Below are positions 22,615 through 32,289 of a stretch of DNA of 55,526 nucleotides, piece after piece. The position numbers and the translations under genes were made by a program. The notes below the pieces were generated by a model, which had not been told where the DNA came from, searched no databases, and was given only the letters and a program-made list of their open reading frames with translations. The stretch comes from Podarcis pityusensis (taxonomy: Eukaryota). The first letter of the stretch is position 1. The number at the start of each line of letters is the position of its first letter. The stretch lies in NCBI GenBank assembly GCA_964106645.2, contig CAXKZF020000196.1. One strand, given 5' to 3'.

Positions 22615-23048
22615 AATTGCCTTCCTTTGATTTTGAGTGTGCTCGGAGAGTGATTATACGCCGCATAACGAACAACGTTGTGAGACGGTCTTGAAAATGG
22701 TTGCGACTGCCTCTTCAATGTTTGATTACGGCCCGCCTGCTGTACAAGTGTGCACCCTGAGCATAGTGATACGGACGCAACGAACGCTTTTGTTTACCCG
22801 GCTCATTTCTGAAGGCGCGTAAAAGCACCCTATCGGGTGAGGTTGTAGGGAGGCTCGGGAGCACCACGTTAATCCCATACCCCACTCTGCCCCTCGAGCC
22901 CTCTCCCCTACTGCTGGTCATCCTCGAGGTCTTTTGGTAAGTCGACAAAAGCTGAACACGTTGCTCCGCCTGCACGCACCACGACCATTTGAACAATGTG
23001 TCCTTCTGTAGGGTTAGCCTTCATCGCTTTGAACTCGAGGCACTTGTT

Positions 23049-24140
23049 CTACTCTAAGAAGTCACGCAGTTTCCGGGAACGGCTCTCATGGTACTTGAGT
23101 TTGCGTAATGCCTTGGCCTCGATCTGGCGGATGCGCTCCCGTGTTATCCCAAAGTGACGTCCTACCTCTTCGAGTGTGTGTTCATAGCCGTCGAGCAGCC
23201 CATAGCGCAACTTGAGCACTGTGGCTTCGCGCTCGTCAAGCTTGGCTAAGGCGTTATCGATCCCTTCGCTCAGCAGCGCCTGGTTCGCTTGCTCGACGGG
23301 CGACACGATATCTTCATCGGGGATGAAGTCGCCGTACAAAGCGTCGCCCTCGTCCCCAACTGGGGTTTCGAGCGACACAGGCTCTTTGGTAATATCGAAA
23401 ACACCTTCCACCTTCGTGGCGTCCCAGGCTGGCCCCATCGCCCCAGCGATCTCCTCGAACGACGGGTCACGACCGAAGTCCTGATGCAACTCGCGTTGCA
23501 TGCGCTTTAACTTGTTGACCGTCTCGACCATATGAACGGGGATGCGGATGGTGCGGGCCTGGTCAGCAATCGCCCGATTGACAGCCTGACGGATCCACCA
23601 GGTGGCGTAGGTCGAGAACTTGAAGCCCTTGCGATACTCGAACTTCTCGACCGCCCGAACCAGCCCCTGGTTCCCCTCCTGCACCGTGTCCATAAAACTA
23701 AGGCCACGGTTGCGGTACTTCTTGGCGACAGACACCACCAGCCGTAAGTTGGCTTCGATCAGCTGGCTCTTGGCGAGCTCACCGTCCTCGATGACGCGTT
23801 TCAGACCGCGCCTGGTGCGCTCTGGAAAGTCCTCTGCCCCGGTTGTTAAGCTTAGCTGCGCTTCCTTGCCCTCTTCGTAGCGGCGGGCTAGCGAGATCTC
23901 CTCCTCGAGGGTAAGCAGTTTGACCTTACCGATCTCCTGGAGGTAGCTACGCACGGAATCGGTCGTGAAGGCTGGCTGAGTAAGCTCCCCCATGCGGGCT
24001 TCCAATGTCTCAAGGTCTTCCTCTTTAAGGTCCTCGTTCTCCGAATCCGCTAACTCCTCAGGATCAGCATCGTCAAGCTCAAACGCTTCCTCCTTGAGTT
24101 CGTCATCGGCGACTGCACCGTCAATATGCTGGTTGTCCAT
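23049..24140 (-). CDS. RpoD/SigA-like sigma-70 factor (probable paralog)
   Basis: [46 protein letters not shown]...TRERIRQIE and the Deinococcota-type tail [17 protein letters not shown]. Confidence 0.95.
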   Translation of the reverse strand: MDNQHIDGAVADDELKEEAFELDDADPEELADSENEDLKEEDLETLEARMGELTQPAFTTDSVRSYLQEIGKVKLLTLEEEISLARRYEEGKEAQLSLTTGAEDFPERTRRGLKRVIEDGELAKSQLIEANLRLVVSVAKKYRNRGLSFMDTVQEGNQGLVRAVEKFEYRKGFKFSTYATWWIRQAVNRAIADQARTIRIPVHMVETVNKLKRMQRELHQDFGRDPSFEEIAGAMGPAWDATKVEGVFDITKEPVSLETPVGDEGDALYGDFIPDEDIVSPVEQANQALLSEGIDNALAKLDEREATVLKLRYGLLDGYEHTLEEVGRHFGITRERIRQIEAKALRKLKYHESRSRKLRDFLE

Positions 24141-24389
24141 GGTTCGTCGTCCCCCGTTCCGATCGCCAGATGCTCGGCTTCATCTGAGGGTACCAAGCTT
24201 TGAACACTCTTCTCACTGGCGCTTGTCCTATGGCCTGCACAGGTAATTGGTTACTGTCTCTTGTATTTTCACCATGATCTTAATGTTAAACAGGTAAGCA
24301 AAAGGGTAAACAGGTGAATAACAACATCCTGTCAAAATGTCATTCTTTTGGTGCAAAACGAGCCAGAGTCAGTCTGTTATAATTGGTGT

Positions 24390-24599
24390 ATGCGAACCAC
24401 GGTGACATTAAGCGACGAGATGATGCAGGAGTTGCTTGACGTCACCGGCACGAGCAATATGACCCAAGCGGTGAGCACAGCTGTAGGCGAGTACTTAAGG
24501 CGGCAACGGCTCGGGAAGCTCCGAGCCTTGAAAGGCAAGATCGACATCCTCTCGAATGAGGAAATCGAAGCGGCCGACCTGCAGGAGCTCGACAATTAA
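24390..24599 (+). CDS. vapB: VapB-type antitoxin
   Basis: MRTTVTLSDEMM... RHH-like sequence directly upstream of the PIN toxin; TATAAT 6 nt before the ATG. Confidence 0.8.
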   Translation: MRTTVTLSDEMMQELLDVTGTSNMTQAVSTAVGEYLRRQRLGKLRALKGKIDILSNEEIEAADLQELDN

Positions 24600-24600
24600 G

Positions 24601-25006
24601 GTGGCCGACCCTTGTCTGATCGACACTAGCGCCTGGGTCGACTTCTTTAGGGGTCATGAACCTTTAGCCTCAACTGTAGACGCTCTCCTGGCAGATGGGC
24701 GCGCCGCCCTCTGTGGCATGGTCGAACTTGAGATTCGGCAAGCCCTCCGTCAGCGTGAAGAGGATCTCCTTAACTTGTTAGGTGCGACAGACAGTTCGGT
24801 TGTCTACTACTGAAGAGGACTACGCTCAAGCAGGTGAGCTTCTGGCAGACTTACGGCGAGGTGGCATGACGCTTCCTGCGACTGATGGTCTGATCGCTCA
24901 GGTCGCTCTGAGGCATGGCGTGTCCTTGCTCGAGAATGACCGACACTTTGAACACATTGAGACTTTAAAGCGCTCTCCCTGGCGTGTCAAAGGTGATACC
25001 CGGTGA
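24601..25006 (+). CDS. vapC: VapC PIN-domain toxin (frameshift near 24790)
   Basis: LIDTSAWVDFFRG...ELEI...TDGLIAQVA...LLENDRHF. Confidence 0.85.
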
Positions 25007-25057
25007 GTCTCAAGCCCCTCTCCTCTGTTCGCCTACCTGGGGTTGACAAGTTGGGAG

Positions 25058-25363
25058 ATGAAAACCCGACCTAATCCTAGTACCCGTTACAAGCAGCGTT
25101 CGGATCCCCGCACAGGCCTGCCCTACTATGAAAAAAGGGCGATGGCCGAGTGGAAGCTGGGTCGTCCTCTCCTTCCCAGAGAGGTTGTCCATCACGTCAA
25201 TGGCAATACAAGAGTCAACCATCCGGAGAACATCTGGGTGTTCTCCAGCCAGAGAGCGCACATTATCTACCACGACTATGTCTGACAGGAGGCGCGGGGT
25301 AAGGCCCATATCTTTAGCGTCGAGGACGTGCTCAAGGGGTGGGGTGAAGGCTGCTTGAAGTAA
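25058..25363 (+). pseudogene. Small HNH endonuclease-like protein (internal TGA at 25283)
   Basis: AEWKLGRPL..EVVHHVNGNTRVNHPENI, the HNH_3 pattern. Confidence 0.65.
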
Positions 25364-25499
25364 AGCTCGTTTGAATTTAGCGGAGCTCTCATTAAGCCAG
25401 GCTAGGTAAATCTCTATGGACAAAACTTAAAAAATGGGGGACTTTTGTAGCCGGATACAACTGGATTTAAACTACACTTGCGTACAGGGGGCAACTGAA

Positions 25500-25781
25500 C
25501 GTTAATTAAAGCCTCTATTTCACTGAGTTCTAACGGTGCAATCGAGGTAAAGTTCTCGATCCCGTCTTCTGTAATGGCTACAGTGTCTTCTACCCGAATG
25601 TAAAGACGCTCTTCCGGTACAATAAATTGCGGATCGACACTTAGCACTGTACCGGGTTTTAAAACTTGCCCACGGTAATAGCCTACATCGTGAACTGCCA
25701 TACCCACGGGATGGGAAAGGTGATAAGGGAAGTTAAGCGCCCTCTGAGCAGCTTCAGCGTAAATGGGTTTGGCAAAAGTAA
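25500..25781 (-). pseudogene. pepP: Xaa-Pro aminopeptidase (M24), C-terminal part
   Basis: HLSHPVGMAVHDVG...LKPGTVLSVDPQ...IRVEDTVAITEDG; joins in frame to 28308 onward once the insertion is removed. Confidence 0.85.
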
Positions 25782-25959
25782 GACTCTATCCAGAAACCTC
25801 AAGCGATTGAAAAGCAAGACGTACCGACCCAGAATAGAAGTGCTGAAGTCCCATGAGTGCCTCGAGGGACTCCCCAATCCCAACATGACTACGGAAACGA
25901 AAAAGGAGACGCTCGGGATCCAGCTGTTGTGGCGCTCAAAGCGCGGCGCATCACGTAAC

Positions 25960-27273
25960 TTAGGTCTTGAGCAGCTCTTTCAGATAGTGAGCCACAACGC
26001 CCGGAAAAACCCCGCCCAGGCCGGGCTCGAGTCCCCGGTAAATCCCTTCGTGGTTCTGCGCGTAAAAGAGTGGGCTGAGGGCGTCCGCCAGAGTGAACGC
26101 CCGCCGCACGGCAGGCTCGTCGTAGCGCTGAAGCCAAGGCTTTAGGTAAGCCTCAACGAGCGGACCACGTTCTTTAGCTGAACGGTCCCAAGAGTATTGG
26201 AGGGCGATGTCAAAGAAGGGGTGGCTCCAGCTGGCGTCTGTCCAGTCGAAGATCGTAAAACTGTCCCACTCCGCGAATATATTGCCGGAGTTAATGTCGC
26301 CATGAACAACCGTCTCAGGTATCCCACAGGCCGCAAGTTCGTCAAGCATCTCGAGAATACTTGGCTCGCATTTTAGTAACCCGTCCCGTTCTTCGGGCGT
26401 AAGGCGATGAAGCTCTATGCTCTCGCTGAACAGCCAGGGGATAATCTCTTTGAGTTTGTCCAGCCCCCGGTCGGCACAGCCAGCTTCTAGAAACACATCC
26501 TTATAGGCAACAGACTCGAGTTGTAACGAGCTGTAACGCCGGAACACCTCGTGTTGTGCTCTGGGGTCGGCTTCATCTAACATCTCGCCTTGAAAGGCCT
26601 CGAGTAACAACCAGCCTTGAGCGGGCTCAGTCGCTAGCACCTTCGGCGCGAGTTCGGGAAACAGCTCGGCAACCTTCGCAGTGATGCGCGGTTCGGCGCT
26701 GTGGTGATCCATGACGGCTTTGAGATACACATCTCCGTTATCAGTCTCCTGCCTCAAGACCGAGGATAATGCCCAGACTTTGAGTTGTTCAGGCTCACCG
26801 ATGGGTTCGCGTTTTAGGCCGGCGAGTTCTTCATGTAGCCAACCCTTCGCCGCTTCCAGCCACCCGCGCCGTGCCCAGGCCGGGCGTGAGGATGACACGA
26901 GGGACGGGTCGGCATCCTCGCGCAAGAGGGTCTCAAGCGTTCCACGTTCAGAGTAGGTTAGCTCACTCAGCTCCGCAAGGCTCAGCCAGCGTGCGTCTTC
27001 AGGGAGGGGGCCCGCCGTTTGTGCCTTGAGGATGTAGAGGCGCGACCGATCCTGCCCCCATTCGGGCTCGGTGGGAGAAAGCTTCGTCGGGCGGAGCATA
27101 ACAGCATCTAAAGGTATAAGGTTGCGCAGAGCCTTAAAGAGTTTCGACGTCATGAGTTCTTCAGCGCTAGTGTGGCGCGGTAGCGTTAGCGTGTCGTCTC
27201 GGGATATGCCTAGAAGTTCCGGCCTCTCCGGGTGCAGGAGGACAAAATCGTGATGATGGCGGCGCTGGCTCAT
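25960..27273 (-). CDS. Aminoglycoside phosphotransferase/choline kinase-like protein
   Basis: VYLKAV, HGDINSGNI (Brenner motif) and IFDWTDA...HPFFD. Confidence 0.8.
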   Translation of the reverse strand: MSQRRHHHDFVLLHPERPELLGISRDDTLTLPRHTSAEELMTSKLFKALRNLIPLDAVMLRPTKLSPTEPEWGQDRSRLYILKAQTAGPLPEDARWLSLAELSELTYSERGTLETLLREDADPSLVSSSRPAWARRGWLEAAKGWLHEELAGLKREPIGEPEQLKVWALSSVLRQETDNGDVYLKAVMDHHSAEPRITAKVAELFPELAPKVLATEPAQGWLLLEAFQGEMLDEADPRAQHEVFRRYSSLQLESVAYKDVFLEAGCADRGLDKLKEIIPWLFSESIELHRLTPEERDGLLKCEPSILEMLDELAACGIPETVVHGDINSGNIFAEWDSFTIFDWTDASWSHPFFDIALQYSWDRSAKERGPLVEAYLKPWLQRYDEPAVRRAFTLADALSPLFYAQNHEGIYRGLEPGLGGVFPGVVAHYLKELLKT

Positions 27274-27379
27274 CTCCACACGATACACGCTCCGGGTAAG
27301 AAGGTATTCCCTCTCGGGCAAGAACGATCTAAAGGGTATAAGACCCTACAGCACCCAATGAGGGTGATTTTCTTACTAA

Positions 27380-28307
27380 GACTCTACTCATAAACCGCCA
27401 TATTGAAGAGGATATGGGCGCAAGCGAAGTGAACGAAGGCTAGCCAGTTTGCGACCTTCTTCGCCCAACGCGTACGAATGCTGCGTCTTTTGGTAAGCCA
27501 CGACAGCGTCCTTTCGACAACCCATCGTCTCGCGGGATAAGTTGTTTCTCCCAGTCCTTTCGGCTGAGGGTTCTCGCCGCGCCGTCTATTCGGTTTAATG
27601 TGTGGGGTATACCCAGCTAGTACGACAAAATCACGAACATCGGCGGAGTCGTAAGGGACGTTGGCACATAGACGTTGTGGTTTACCAGAACGTTCGATCA
27701 CAACGGCGACCAGCAAGTCAACTGCGGCGCGCTTGTCGTATCGGTTAGCTCCGGTGATGACAACAGAGAGCGGGACACCGCGTTTATCGACTGCAGATGC
27801 AGCTTACTACCTTGCTTGGCACGGTCCGTGGGGGTGCGACCCGTAGACTCACCGCCTAGCGGCGCAGGGCAGCTTTTACTGTCTAAAAATTGCCACTTCC
27901 ATTTCACCTTACGCTTTTTGCCGTAATACTCGGCAATTCGCGCCATGACTTTCTCGAATATGCCCTCTTGTTGCCAACCCTGGAAACGGTTGTGCACGGC
28001 GCTGGTGCAGACCCCGAACCAGCTGCGCTGGAGGGCTTTCCATTGACAGCCCGTCCAGAGCACGTACCAAATAGCATTCACGACGGCCCTGTCGGGACAT
28101 GCAGGACGGCCACCTCGTTTGCTTCGCTTACGCTCCGGCAAACATTTCTTAAGTTTGCGCCACAGGGGGCGAGGAAGGTGAAAATAGCTGGTGGCTTCGG
28201 ATTTGCTAGACTTTGCCAAGGCGCACCTCCAGAACGGGACTTCAGCACTTCCATTCTTAGTCGGTGCGTCTCCTTCATTCAACCGCTAGTGGTTTATGGA
28301 TAGAGTC
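27380..28307 (-). mobile_element. IS5 family element; transposase 27384-28219, frameshifted
   Basis: NAIWYVLWTGCQW, DSKSCPAPLGGE and [11 protein letters not shown]; IRs GACTCTACTCATAAACC and GGTTTATGGATAGAGTC. Confidence 0.9.
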
Positions 28308-28983
28308 TAAAGCTTTTAACAAAATCAGCCATTTCCGCCGCAGCCTCATCCCTTACCTGCTCAGCAGTAGCTCCAGGGCGTAAGAGACGCAACAGAGTCT
28401 TATGATAGGTAACAATAAACCCGTAGAGCTGATGCTGAATCTTATTGTAGGCGCCGTTGACGGGCCACATCCGGGTTATGTCGCTGGCATAATATTGAAA
28501 ATCTGGACCACAATCAACCAAAACGAGATCACCTGATTGCAAGGGTTTATTGTTGGCATTGTAGTGACCGTACCAGGCATTGTCGCCACCAGCTACGATA
28601 GCCCTGTAGGAAACGTCTAATGCGCCATTCTTGAGATAGACGTAGCGCATCTCGGCATCAAGCTCATATTCCATTACCCCAGGCCCAGCCGCCCGCATTG
28701 CGGCAAGGAGACCCTCTGCAGCAAGCTGGCCCGAGCGGCGCAAGAGCTGCATCTCGGTCTCACTTTTCAGCAGACGCAACTTGTCGAGCATAGGCGATAA
28801 ATCGTGCAGCTCTGTCATCGGAAAGCGTTCGCGGAGGAGATTAGCGAACCGCCGCATCCGATCTAGCTGACCATCCCACGGATCCGAAATGCGTTCCTGA
28901 TGCGCGCGTTGCAGGGTGTCCCAACTTTGCATCGCACCTTCCCCAGCTCGCAACGGCGTATAAATTCTGTGTACATTCTCGAG
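28308..28983 (-). pseudogene. pepP: Xaa-Pro aminopeptidase, middle part (N-terminus lost)
   Basis: LRLLKSETE, GVMEYEL, HYNAN and DLVLVDCGPDFQYYASDITRMWPVNG. Confidence 0.85.
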
Positions 28984-29364
28984 GTTGATGTCAGCTTTTT
29001 CAGCGAGCCTGCATAGCCGAATAGCCTCTTTCGGGCTGTACCCTTGGTTCGCATCAGCTCGGAGCGAGACAGCACTACCTACAGCGTCACGAATGACACG
29101 TAAGCGTTCTGCGTCTTCATCGGGGTGACCACCAATTTTGGCTTTGAAAGCACAGACACCCATTTTCATGTACTGCCAGCATGCCTGGGCCATTTCGTTC
29201 GGTTCTCCACCTGCAATTTCGATCGACACCGCAACACGGGCTTGGTGTCGACCTCCCAAGAGAGTACTCACAGATTTAGCAAGAGATTTGCCTATAAGGT
29301 CGTGCAATGCGAGATCAATACCCGACTTGGCACAGGAATGACCACGAAAGTCTATGAGTCCCAA
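28978..29364 (-). pseudogene. Mandelate racemase/dipeptide epimerase (enolase superfamily) internal fragment
   Basis: AKSGIDLALHDLIGK...LLGG, FKAKIG and LRADANQGY; joined to pepP at CTCGAG. Confidence 0.85.
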
Positions 29365-29418
29365 AGGGCGTGACGATCACAGCGGGCTGCCATAGCTTGT
29401 TGGCGGTTCACTCAAAAC

Positions 29419-29432
29419 AACTTGACGGAGCC
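29419..29432. mobile_element. Solo IS6-like inverted-repeat end
   Basis: AACTTGACGGAGCC (reverse complement GGCTCCGTCAAGTT) resembles the 50408 end and sits beside the truncated epimerase. Confidence 0.45.
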
Positions 29433-29546
29433 GCCATAACAACAGTCTATTCAGCGACAGTAGCAACGCGAGAGGCAGCCACACAATCACGATCCTAGAT
29501 TACTCCTCTTCCTAAAGCACTCAACCGTTCACCAAGGCCTCCTTAA

Positions 29547-30623
29547 TTAGAAAGCGTAGCGTACCCGGCAGTAGGGCATTCTTTGGGCAATGAGGGCGTT
29601 GAGCAAGGCCACCTGTTGCCCTTTGAAGCCGCGTCGATAGCGCACGTTCTCCCCACCCATCTGCGAAGTTTTGGCCTCCTGGGTTTCCGGGGTCCAGAGC
29701 AGCGCCTCGGCCTTCGGATGCCAACCTAAGTTGACCTCGTGCAGCGACGCATTGTGCGTCAGGAAGATGACTTCGGCCTTTAGTTGTGCTTTCGCCTCAA
29801 TAGATAGAACGTCGTCTATCTCTGTCAAAAGCTGGGCATAATCTTCCTTCCAGCCGTCATAGATAATGACTGGGCTGAAGTTGAGGTGCACCTCGTAGCC
29901 AGCGCCGACAAAATCGTTGACAGCCGCAATTCGTTGCGATACCGGCGTTGTCCTCACATCGACAGTCTTAGCAACTTTCTGAGGCATAAGCGAAAAGCGG
30001 ATGCGTGTTTTACCCTCAGGTTTGTAACTCAGTAATCCGCGGTTGACGTACTTCGTGGCAAATGAAGCTTTTGCGTTTGGGAGGTCACGAAAAAAGGCGA
30101 CTGTGTCTTTGACGTTGTCCGAGATCAACGCATCAACCGAAACATCGCTGTTCTCGCCGATGTCATAGACCCAGTAGGACGGGTCGGTTTGGGAAGGTGT
30201 TTTCGGTCCCTGCTTGGCAACATGTCGCTCGACAGCTTTGAGAATGGGCTCGAGATTGACAAATGTCGAGATAGGGTTGGCAAAGCCTTTGCGCCGAGGC
30301 ACGTAGCAGTAGGCGCAAGCCATGGCGCAGCCGCTGGCGAAGCCCGGTGCGATGAAGTCCGCACTACGCCCGTTCGGGCGGACGGGGAAACCTTTACGAA
30401 CCCCCAGTACCAGCACTGACTTCTTAAGCCGGACCCAGTCCTTCACCAGTCCTGCATTGCCATGTAAACCAGGGATGTTCCAGTGTGATGGGACTTCGGT
30501 GAGTTCGGCGTCAGGATAGCGAGCCAAGATCTCTATGCCACGAGGATAGCGCCGCACCTCAGGCTCGAGGAAGATGTGCGAGACCTCGAAGAGGGCGGAA
30601 ATAGTACGAGCGTTACTACTCAC
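29547..30623 (-). CDS. Spore photoproduct lyase-like radical SAM protein (divergent type)
   Basis: CxxxCxxC in SADFIAPGFASGCAMACAYCYV; SFATKYVN, TRIRFSLMP and GYEVHLNFSP; GTGA overlap with the upstream paralog. Confidence 0.85.
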   Translation of the reverse strand: MSSNARTISALFEVSHIFLEPEVRRYPRGIEILARYPDAELTEVPSHWNIPGLHGNAGLVKDWVRLKKSVLVLGVRKGFPVRPNGRSADFIAPGFASGCAMACAYCYVPRRKGFANPISTFVNLEPILKAVERHVAKQGPKTPSQTDPSYWVYDIGENSDVSVDALISDNVKDTVAFFRDLPNAKASFATKYVNRGLLSYKPEGKTRIRFSLMPQKVAKTVDVRTTPVSQRIAAVNDFVGAGYEVHLNFSPVIIYDGWKEDYAQLLTEIDDVLSIEAKAQLKAEVIFLTHNASLHEVNLGWHPKAEALLWTPETQEAKTSQMGGENVRYRRGFKGQQVALLNALIAQRMPYCRVRYAF

Positions 30624-31702
30624 GTCCAGTATAGAATCCTCGCTTTGGGAAAGCGGAGCACAATCTCAGTTTCGAAGAACGCCTTCAGGTCACCCATCAC
30701 GTCTTTCGGATAGACATATTTGAGCCCGCCGAACTTGTTGCGCTTGACTGCCCTCTCGTCCTCGTCCATGTCCAAGCTTGAGTTCGGATACCAGCCCTGC
30801 AAAACCTCTTTAGAGCCAGGCGTGAAGCGGTGGCTGATAAGCTCAAAGGTAAGGTCGCAAGGAATATCAAGCGTGTACCCTAACACGTCCATGAGCGCAC
30901 CGTAATGCTCACGCCAGCCCTCGAGCTTCATAATGGGCGCGATGACAACACCAACAGGATAGCCCGCCTCCGCCAGTCTTCGCAAACCTGCGAGCCGGGC
31001 TTCGACGGAGGCCGTTCCTCCCTCGAGGCGCTGACTGACCTCTTGGGCGTTGACCGAAACACGCGCTCGGGTGTTGCGGTTATGTTTAAGCTCTAAGAGT
31101 GGATCGATAGCAGCAAACTTGCTTACCCAGCGCAGCTGCACGTTCTTCCTCGTCCCGAAGTAGCGAACACACTCGGAAAGGCTGCCAGTAAGGTGCTCGA
31201 GCGCCAGCGGGTCGGTGTAGCAGGACACCTCAAAAGTTGTAAGTCTCCCCGGCTGCTCGTAGCTCTCTAGAGCTGCTAGAACCTCAGGCAGATTGGCATA
31301 CACCCTGGTAACTGGCGGCCCAGAAAGAGAACCCGCTAGGTAGCAGTATTGGCAATGGGCTGGGCAACCCTTAGCGAGATGGAATTGCCAGTTGGCGGAA
31401 GGTGGGATGGGTTGCAGTTTCAGTATGCTGGGCGGTGCATTAACAACCGCCAAGGTTCCCTTAGCAAGTCGGTACGTCTCGCGATCGTCCTTCCCTTTGA
31501 GGGAGGGCAGTCGGTTCCCTGTTAGTGCTATTACGTCAAGACCCAGATCACGCATCCTCGTAAGCATCTGCTGCCCAAAGGGCTGCTCGAGAGCGTCGGT
31601 CGTAAAGAGGACGCGCTTGGGTCTCCAGAGTTTAGGTTTAGAATTAAAGGCATCTGAGGTGTTCGTTGAGAATCCAGGTTGGCGCACGGGAACTGAGGTC
31701 AT
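30620..31702 (-). CDS. splB: Spore photoproduct lyase (SplB-type) radical SAM protein
   Basis: PPSANWQFHLAKGCPAHCQYCYL, FEVSCYTDPLALEHLTGSL, FELISHRFT and KFGGLKYVY; AAGGAG RBS. Confidence 0.88.
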   Translation of the reverse strand: MTSVPVRQPGFSTNTSDAFNSKPKLWRPKRVLFTTDALEQPFGQQMLTRMRDLGLDVIALTGNRLPSLKGKDDRETYRLAKGTLAVVNAPPSILKLQPIPPSANWQFHLAKGCPAHCQYCYLAGSLSGPPVTRVYANLPEVLAALESYEQPGRLTTFEVSCYTDPLALEHLTGSLSECVRYFGTRKNVQLRWVSKFAAIDPLLELKHNRNTRARVSVNAQEVSQRLEGGTASVEARLAGLRRLAEAGYPVGVVIAPIMKLEGWREHYGALMDVLGYTLDIPCDLTFELISHRFTPGSKEVLQGWYPNSSLDMDEDERAVKRNKFGGLKYVYPKDVMGDLKAFFETEIVLRFPKARILYWT

Positions 31703-31911
31703 GAACTCCTTGTTGGCTAGAAACAGCCTTCCATGGCGCTATAAAGCGCCGATTTACACCCTCTATTCTAACTCTTTACGCATGTATAGAGAGGCGCGCA
31801 GCTCACAGCTTTTCTCGTGCTACGCGGGTCTAATCATGGATGCAACTTTGGTTCTTACTCGCTTCTTGGCGCACCACTATTGTCCCAGCAAAGCGATTTG
31901 AATGCGCAGAC

Positions 31912-32150
31912 ATGAAAATCACCGATGAACAGTGGACGTTGCTTTCACCGTTGATTCCCGAAGTACCGCGACGAGAAGACGGCAAAAGCCGACCCGGACG
32001 TGAGGCTCGAGGGTTACTCGAAGGTATCTGCTGGATATTGCGGACCGGAGCCCAGTCGGTTGATCTACCTGAGCGATACCCGCCGCATCAGACTTGTTAC
32101 CGACGCTTTCAAGAGCGGGTTGACGAAGGGGTGTTAAAAAACGTGCCCGA
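31912..32150 (+). mobile_element. IS5 family transposase N-terminal remnant
   Basis: ITDEQWTLLSPLIP...GICWILRTGAQ..DLPERYPPHQTCYRRFQ. Confidence 0.8.
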
Positions 32151-32289
32151 GCCTAAAAGTTTCGGCTCCGTTTTAGGATCACCATCACGTTTTCTATGGG
32201 TTTACGGCAAAGCATGTTTTGAGTTTACTGAAACGACGGTCACAAGCTTTTTACATTCAGCATCTAAGTTGCGTATCAATTGCATCACC

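Larger units (their letters stand above)
25782..28307. mobile_element. IS5-derived composite transposon (2526 bp) carrying an APH-like gene, TAA target duplication
   Basis: Ends GACTCTATCCAGAAACC and GGTTTATGGATAGAGTC; TAA at 25779-81 and 28308-10; removing the element restores the pepP frame. Confidence 0.85.

Noticed and set aside
25960-27273. Antibiotic-resistance gene call for the APH-like ORF
   Set aside because: The kinase fold alone does not define the substrate, and the protein is long and unlike characterised APH enzymes.
28294-29364. Novel epimerase-aminopeptidase fusion enzyme
   Set aside because: Both halves are truncated, with no proper N-terminus and the catalytic C-terminus separated by the transposon. 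It is a rearrangement scar.
29562-29580. TACCC-N7-GGGCA hairpin matching the insert motif
   Set aside because: It encodes the plausible native C-terminus MPYCRVRYAF with no sign of insertion, and shows the motif can also arise by chance.
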